The translations under genes were made by a program, and so were the position numbers. The notes beneath the pieces are model-generated. The model ran no database searches, was not told the origin of the DNA, and saw only the letters and a program-made list of their open reading frames with translations. Positions 59,273-64,000 of a stretch of 64,000 bases of DNA are shown piece after piece (the first letter of the stretch is position 1; each line of letters begins with the position of its first letter). The stretch is from Syntrophales bacterium (GTDB taxonomy: Bacteria; Desulfobacterota; Syntrophia; Syntrophales; PHBD01), in NCBI GenBank assembly GCA_963668175.1, contig OY764159.1, positions 4,448,001-4,512,000 on the forward strand, written 5' to 3'.

Positions 59273-59992
59273 ATGACGCCAGAATCTTTTTCCATCATTA
59301 TTCCCGCATACAATCATGCCGGAGAGGTCGCTTCCGTCGTCAGGAAGGCCCTCGCTCTCGGCATGCCCGTCTTCGTCGTCGATGACGGCTCCTCGGATTC
59401 GACCTTCGACCAAATCAGAGAAATACCCGGCATCACCATACTTCGCCACAGAACAAACATGGGCAAGGGCGAAGCCATCCTCACGGGCTTCAAGGCCGCT
59501 GCACCAACCGCGCAATGGGCCGTCACCATCGATGCGGACGGCCAGCACCATCCGGAGGATTGCGTCAAGCTCATCGCGGCCGTTCCCGAAGGACAAAGGC
59601 CGATTGTCGTGGGCAAGAGGGAAGGCATGTACTCGGCCGAAGTCCCCTGGTCAAGCCGCTTCGGCCGCAAGTTTTCCAATTTCTGGGTCCGCGCCTCCGG
59701 AGGACCGCCTATAACGGACACCCAGAGCGGCATGAGGCTCTACCCTCTCCCCGAATCACTTCATCTTTCCGTTCTGTCGCGCCGCTTTCAATTCGAGGTC
59801 GAGGTCCTCGTCAAGGCCTCCTGGCGGCGCATACCGGTGATCGAAGCCCCCATCGGCGTCACCTACCAGGTCGGAGAGAAGCGGGTCAGCCACTACCGAG
59901 GCTTCGTCGATTTCATGAGAAACGCCGCGGTATTTACCCGTCTTATTTTCATGAGAATTGTGATCCCCTCGTCCTGGCGCGCCCGCTATTAA
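59273..59992 (+). CDS. GT2 glycosyltransferase (ApeJ-like)
   Basis: IIIPAYN, VDDGSSD, NMGKG, IDADGQH, DTQSGMRLYP, SHYR.F.D. Confidence 0.88.
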   Translation: MTPESFSIIIPAYNHAGEVASVVRKALALGMPVFVVDDGSSDSTFDQIREIPGITILRHRTNMGKGEAILTGFKAAAPTAQWAVTIDADGQHHPEDCVKLIAAVPEGQRPIVVGKREGMYSAEVPWSSRFGRKFSNFWVRASGGPPITDTQSGMRLYPLPESLHLSVLSRRFQFEVEVLVKASWRRIPVIEAPIGVTYQVGEKRVSHYRGFVDFMRNAAVFTRLIFMRIVIPSSWRARY

Positions 59993-60154
59993 CGGAAAGC
60001 GTCTCTTTCACCCGGTCTTTTGTCCTGAGCATGAGAGGAAAAATACGGATAGCCGTATAGGAACAGCAGGAAAAGACAGGAGGGCGGAACTGCAACAGAC
60101 TTCGTTTAAGGCCGTTGCGGGCGGGAAAGGCTGTCGCCCCGGGCATTCCGGTTC

Positions 60155-61075
60155 TCAGCCGAGAAATCCCTGGATGATCCGGTTGACGGCCTCTTCGTAG
60201 GATAAACCGAGACTCATAAGTTTTGTAAGCTGGTCGCTGGCGATCTTGCCGATGGAGGCTTCATGGGTCAATTCGGCGTCGGGATGGCGCGCCTTAAGTG
60301 AAGGGACCGTATCGCTGGTTCCGTTATCCATAATGATCGCATCGCATTCGACGTGCCCGAAGCTCTTGGCACGGGCCTCAATGGTGGCGAAGAAATTCTG
60401 CTGGGAATTGCCCTTGATGACCGACCGGGCGATCATGTTGGCGCGGCTGAGGTCGCCGGCAAGGATGATGTCCGTTTTGGATACGGCGTTCTGGCTGAAA
60501 TCCGTCAACACCTTTTCCGTGATCAACAGCATGCTGCCTGCTTCCAGGGTGGCCTCGTTGACCCGATTCGCCTCGTCGACGCCGCCGATCTGGGTGAGTT
60601 CCATGTCGACCTGGGCATCTTCGGCGAGAAATACCTTCGTCGACGGGTTCAGCGATCGTTTGCCCTTCCCGGCACCGGTGGCAAAATGCTTCTCCACGTA
60701 TTTGACCTTGGCCCCGCGATCAACGTGAAATTCGTGGATGCCGGCGTGCCCCTCCGCCTCCGGACCGCCACAGTGGATTCCGCATCCGGCGACGATCGTG
60801 ATATCGGACTCGGCGCCGATAACGAATTTATTGTATACGACGTCGTAGAGCCCGGCCAGGCTCAGGATGACGGGAATATGAACCGATTCGTTCACCGTCC
60901 CCGGTTTGACGGTGACGGTAATACCGGTCCCATCCGCGTGGCTTTCAATATTGATGTTCGCGGAGACTTCCCGCGCCAGCAGCTGACCGTTCTTTCTGAT
61001 GTTGAAAGCACCTTTGGGAAGCCCTTCCAAATCGGCAACGGCTTTCAGCAGTTCCTTATCTAAAGCATTCATCAT
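60155..61075 (-). CDS. SufB/SufD-family Fe-S scaffold (SmsB-like)
   Basis: GAFNIRKNG, VHIPV, AGCGIHC, GHVECDAII, AELTHEASIGKI, LMSLGL. Confidence 0.9.
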   Translation of the reverse strand: MMNALDKELLKAVADLEGLPKGAFNIRKNGQLLAREVSANINIESHADGTGITVTVKPGTVNESVHIPVILSLAGLYDVVYNKFVIGAESDITIVAGCGIHCGGPEAEGHAGIHEFHVDRGAKVKYVEKHFATGAGKGKRSLNPSTKVFLAEDAQVDMELTQIGGVDEANRVNEATLEAGSMLLITEKVLTDFSQNAVSKTDIILAGDLSRANMIARSVIKGNSQQNFFATIEARAKSFGHVECDAIIMDNGTSDTVPSLKARHPDAELTHEASIGKIASDQLTKLMSLGLSYEEAVNRIIQGFLG

Positions 61076-61814
61076 AGGGCCTTGCTCCACAAGTTCTGTA
61101 GCTGCAGATACTCAAGTCGTTCAGCAACGGCAGGGCTCCATCCAGATCCCCCTGGTATACGAATTTTCCCTGGTGGATCATGAGAATGACATCGGCCGCC
61201 TCCAAAAATGCCTTGTTGTGGCTCACGACGATGGTTGTCGTTCCGCAATTCTTCTGCTCTTTTTTCAGCAGTTCGACCATCGGTTCGATGGTCCAGAGGT
61301 CGATCCCCGTATCGGGTTCGTCATAGATGGCAAGTTTGGGATTCCTGGCGATCGTCGTCGCGAGTTCGATCTTCTTGATCTCTCCCCCTGACAGCTTGGA
61401 ATCGACTGATTTATCAAGAAAGGAAAGCGAACAGATGCCTACCCTCTTGATCAATTTCAAGAGTTTCAGCTCGTCTTCGCTGCCGGATGCGATGGCCAGG
61501 AGGTCTCTGAACGTAATGCCCTTGAAGCGGGCCGGCTGTTGAAAGCTGTAAGCAATGCCTGCCTTCGCCCGGTCCGTAATGGAAAGATTCGTGATGTCCT
61601 GCCCTTCCATTACAATGCTCCCGGACGAAACGGGATTGATTCCCATAATGAGTTTCGCCAGCGTCGTCTTTCCGCTCCCGTTGGGGCCGGTAATGGCGTA
61701 AAATTTCGATTTCTCGAAGACAAAATTGATGTTGTCGATGATATGCCGCCGCGAGCCGCCGTTTCCGTCATCCTGATCCGCAACGGAGAAGAATAAATTA
61801 TTCAATTCCAGCAT
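61056..61814 (-). CDS. sufC: SufC-like ABC ATPase (SmsC-like)
   Basis: GPNGSGKTT, ITDRAKAGI..SFQQP, LSGGEIKKIE, DEPDTGID. Confidence 0.88.
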   Translation of the reverse strand: MLELNNLFFSVADQDDGNGGSRRHIIDNINFVFEKSKFYAITGPNGSGKTTLAKLIMGINPVSSGSIVMEGQDITNLSITDRAKAGIAYSFQQPARFKGITFRDLLAIASGSEDELKLLKLIKRVGICSLSFLDKSVDSKLSGGEIKKIELATTIARNPKLAIYDEPDTGIDLWTIEPMVELLKKEQKNCGTTTIVVSHNKAFLEAADVILMIHQGKFVYQGDLDGALPLLNDLSICSYRTCGARPYDECFR

Positions 61815-62103
61815 AGCCAACCTCTCTATCACAGCCAAAACAAGAAAACCCCCGCGACCGCGCCGAATGAAGCAACAGCCCCGGTTATCCCGACGTTCGC
61901 AAGTATCGGATTCCTATTACGGAACGCGCGATGATGATGTTAGTCACGGAAAAGAGAATATTACAAATGGGGACCACTATTTCATCCACCGCACGCTCTT
62001 TGTATGAATTTTTGGTGAATGTCAATAGATAAATCCTATAATTTTTGCATAACAGAATTTCACTCAGGATGTGAGTATGATGGCCGTAAAAACCAGGCAT
62101 GCG

Positions 62104-62886
62104 TTAAAGATATGTTCGGGCGCCGATATAATGCTTCTGGAAGAAACTCTTGGACAAGGAATCCTTGCAGATGGACTTTCCCCGGCCGGGGGCGTGAATG
62201 AACTCCCCGCCGCCCAGATAAACACCTACATGTGTGACTTTTCCCGGCGTTGACGTCGCGAAGAACAGCAAATCCCCTTTCTGGAGTTCATCCTGGCCGA
62301 TAGGTGTGCCGGCTTCAAACTGATCCCGCGAAGACCGGGGCAAATTAAGGCCGTTCAGCTGATAGACCGTCATGGTCAGTCCGCTGCAATCGAAACCGGT
62401 ATCCGCCGACGTGCCGCCCCAAAGATAAGGAACACCGAGGAAGCTTTGTGCCGTCTTCACAAGCTCTTCCCGCAGGTAGGCATCGCCCAGCTGCTGTCTC
62501 TTGGCAACGGCATAGTCTTCGGGCGCGACAATATAATATTCCGCGATCACGCCGGACTGCTTCAGCGATTCAGCCTTCTTGCGGGCGGCCTCCCGTGAAG
62601 CGAAATTCCCGAAACGCACCTTATAAAGACCCGTAGCCGCGACAAAATACGTGGCATCAAGGCCCTGCTTGCACAGACGGTCCGTCAGCCTCACCGCATT
62701 CTGCACCTGGGCGAAGGCGCCGGCCTGAATCGTGTAACCCATGCGGGTCAATTCTTTTTTAGGAGGTGTTTTGGTTTGATACCGGTACTGATAGGTTGGA
62801 TGTTTCCTGCTGCATCCGACAACGATAAGTCCGCAGAGGATCAGCAGTATCGTTCTGAGGACGATCGGATATTTAAACAAGGGCAT
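62104..62886 (-). CDS. Lipoprotein with SPOR and NlpC/P60 peptidoglycan endopeptidase domains
   Basis: Lipobox VVG-C. SPOR: YTIQAGAF…YKVRFGNF. NlpC/P60: LGVPYLWGG, FDCSGL, HVGVY, FIHA. Confidence 0.92.
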   Translation of the reverse strand: MPLFKYPIVLRTILLILCGLIVVGCSRKHPTYQYRYQTKTPPKKELTRMGYTIQAGAFAQVQNAVRLTDRLCKQGLDATYFVAATGLYKVRFGNFASREAARKKAESLKQSGVIAEYYIVAPEDYAVAKRQQLGDAYLREELVKTAQSFLGVPYLWGGTSADTGFDCSGLTMTVYQLNGLNLPRSSRDQFEAGTPIGQDELQKGDLLFFATSTPGKVTHVGVYLGGGEFIHAPGRGKSICKDSLSKSFFQKHYIGARTYL

Positions 62887-63028
62887 CGGTCGGGTATCCC
62901 TGAAATGTCATCGGTAAAGTCATCAGGATATCATTATCGCCGGGATATGCATCCCGCTTTTCCGCAGCCACTGTCTCCGGCCGTTTGTCCTCCGCCGCCA
63001 CGACGCCCATGAGGTGGGTCCCGGCCCT

Positions 63029-64000
63029 TTACATCTGGGAAAGGACGTCCGACACGTGATCGATGTCTTCCTTGCTCAGCATTTCCGTTGCGCAGAAGAG
63101 CAGGCAGTCTTTCAATTCAGGATAATCCCTTCCCATCTCATACCCGCCGATAATGCCCAGGGACTGCAATTTCCGGTTGACGGCGGCGGGGTCGGGACAG
63201 CGGACAACGAATTCGTTATAACACGTTCCTGCAAAAACGGGCTCCCAGCCTTTGAGGCTGCCGAGTTTCTTTCTGAAATAGAACGCCTTCTGCACATTGA
63301 TTTCGGCCAGTTTTTTAAGATTCTTCCCCAGACTGACAAGATAGACGGCGGCCGCCAGCGCACAAAGGGCTTCGTTGCTGCAAATATTGGAAGTGGCCCG
63401 TTCACGCCGGATATGCTGCTCCCTGGTCTGGAGGGTGAGAACGAATCCGCGGCGTCCCTGCCGATCCACGGTCATGCCCGAGAGCCTTCCGGGAATTTTT
63501 CTCAGGAAATCGGCCGTACCCGCCATTATCCCCAGGTAAGGACCGCCGTAATTCAGGGAATTACCGAAGGCCTGGCCTTCGCCGACGACGATATCCGCCC
63601 CAGAATCACCCGGCGGCTTAAGAATGCCCAGCGAAGTCGCTTCAGTAAATCCGGAAATCATGAGGCTCCGGCGGGAGTGGGCAACATCGGAAAGCGCAGC
63701 GACGTCTTCAATGACACCGAAGAAGTTGGGGCTCTGCGCGACAACGGCGGCAACTTTCTCGTCCACGGTCTTTGCCAGGCTGCCCAGGTCGACCTGTCCG
63801 CTTGTTTCATGTTCGACTTCAACAGTCTCGTATCCGTTGGACCAGGCATATGTTCGAACAACCTGCCTGTACTCGGGATGAACGGACCGGGCTATGACGA
63901 TCCTAGTACGGCCCGTGCTTTTTGCGGCAAGCACCGCCGCCTCGGCCATCGCGGAAGCCCCGTCGTACATGGATGCATTGGCGACCTGCATCCCGGTGAG
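63029..64000 (-). CDS. gcvPA: Glycine dehydrogenase (decarboxylating) subunit 1, 5'-truncated
   Basis: Open to the window edge (LTGMQVANASMYDGASA), QSPNFFG, GGPYLG, REQHIRRERATSNICSN. Confidence 0.94.
   Translation of the reverse strand, partial: LTGMQVANASMYDGASAMAEAAVLAAKSTGRTRIVIARSVHPEYRQVVRTYAWSNGYETVEVEHETSGQVDLGSLAKTVDEKVAAVVAQSPNFFGVIEDVAALSDVAHSRRSLMISGFTEATSLGILKPPGDSGADIVVGEGQAFGNSLNYGGPYLGIMAGTADFLRKIPGRLSGMTVDRQGRRGFVLTLQTREQHIRRERATSNICSNEALCALAAAVYLVSLGKNLKKLAEINVQKAFYFRKKLGSLKGWEPVFAGTCYNEFVVRCPDPAAVNRKLQSLGIIGGYEMGRDYPELKDCLLFCATEMLSKEDIDHVSDVLSQM

Noticed and set aside
1..64000. CRISPR arrays, IS elements, prophage, rRNA
   Set aside because: No spaced direct repeats, transposase, integrase or phage motifs, or rRNA signatures seen by eye.

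Overview
Chromosomal window from a moderately GC-rich Gram-negative anaerobe. Gene content (many sigma54 promoters and activators, PEP-CTERM protein, minimal SufCB, split methionine synthase) suggests a Desulfobacterota/Syntrophales-like organism; this is an inference. No CRISPR array, transposase, integrase or rRNA was seen. Contents in order: (1) 3' end of a cellulose-synthase-like GT2 gene whose C-terminus is an extra TM helix plus a SPOR peptidoglycan-binding domain instead of PilZ, followed by a GH26 hydrolase, a BcsS-like beta-barrel and a sigma54-driven PEP-CTERM protein. (2) An aryl-polyene/flexirubin-like type II FAS/PKS toolkit split over three loci (5.8-19.6, 25.8-29.8 and 57.1-60.0 kb). 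It has two KS + chain-length-factor pairs, ACP, MIO ammonia lyase, two adenylating ligases, enoyl-CoA hydratase, dehydratase, FabG, ABC exporter, LolA-like carrier, B12 radical SAM, thioesterase, a DAK2-DegV fusion and a GT2. (3) Between the first two loci, a sigma54-driven PhcB-like SAM methyltransferase divergent from a soluble 4xPAS histidine kinase and a NarL-type regulator, a candidate fatty-acid-ester signalling module. (4) Housekeeping and accessory genes: dgt, CoA transferase, K+ channel, tRNA-Leu(CAG), ribF, nfi, AsmA/YhdP, pyrE, split metH, leuCDB, zraP/zraSR-like, ubiE/menG, serine protease, sufCB, SPOR-NlpC/P60 and partial gcvPA. All calls come from motif recognition by eye; no database searches were run.
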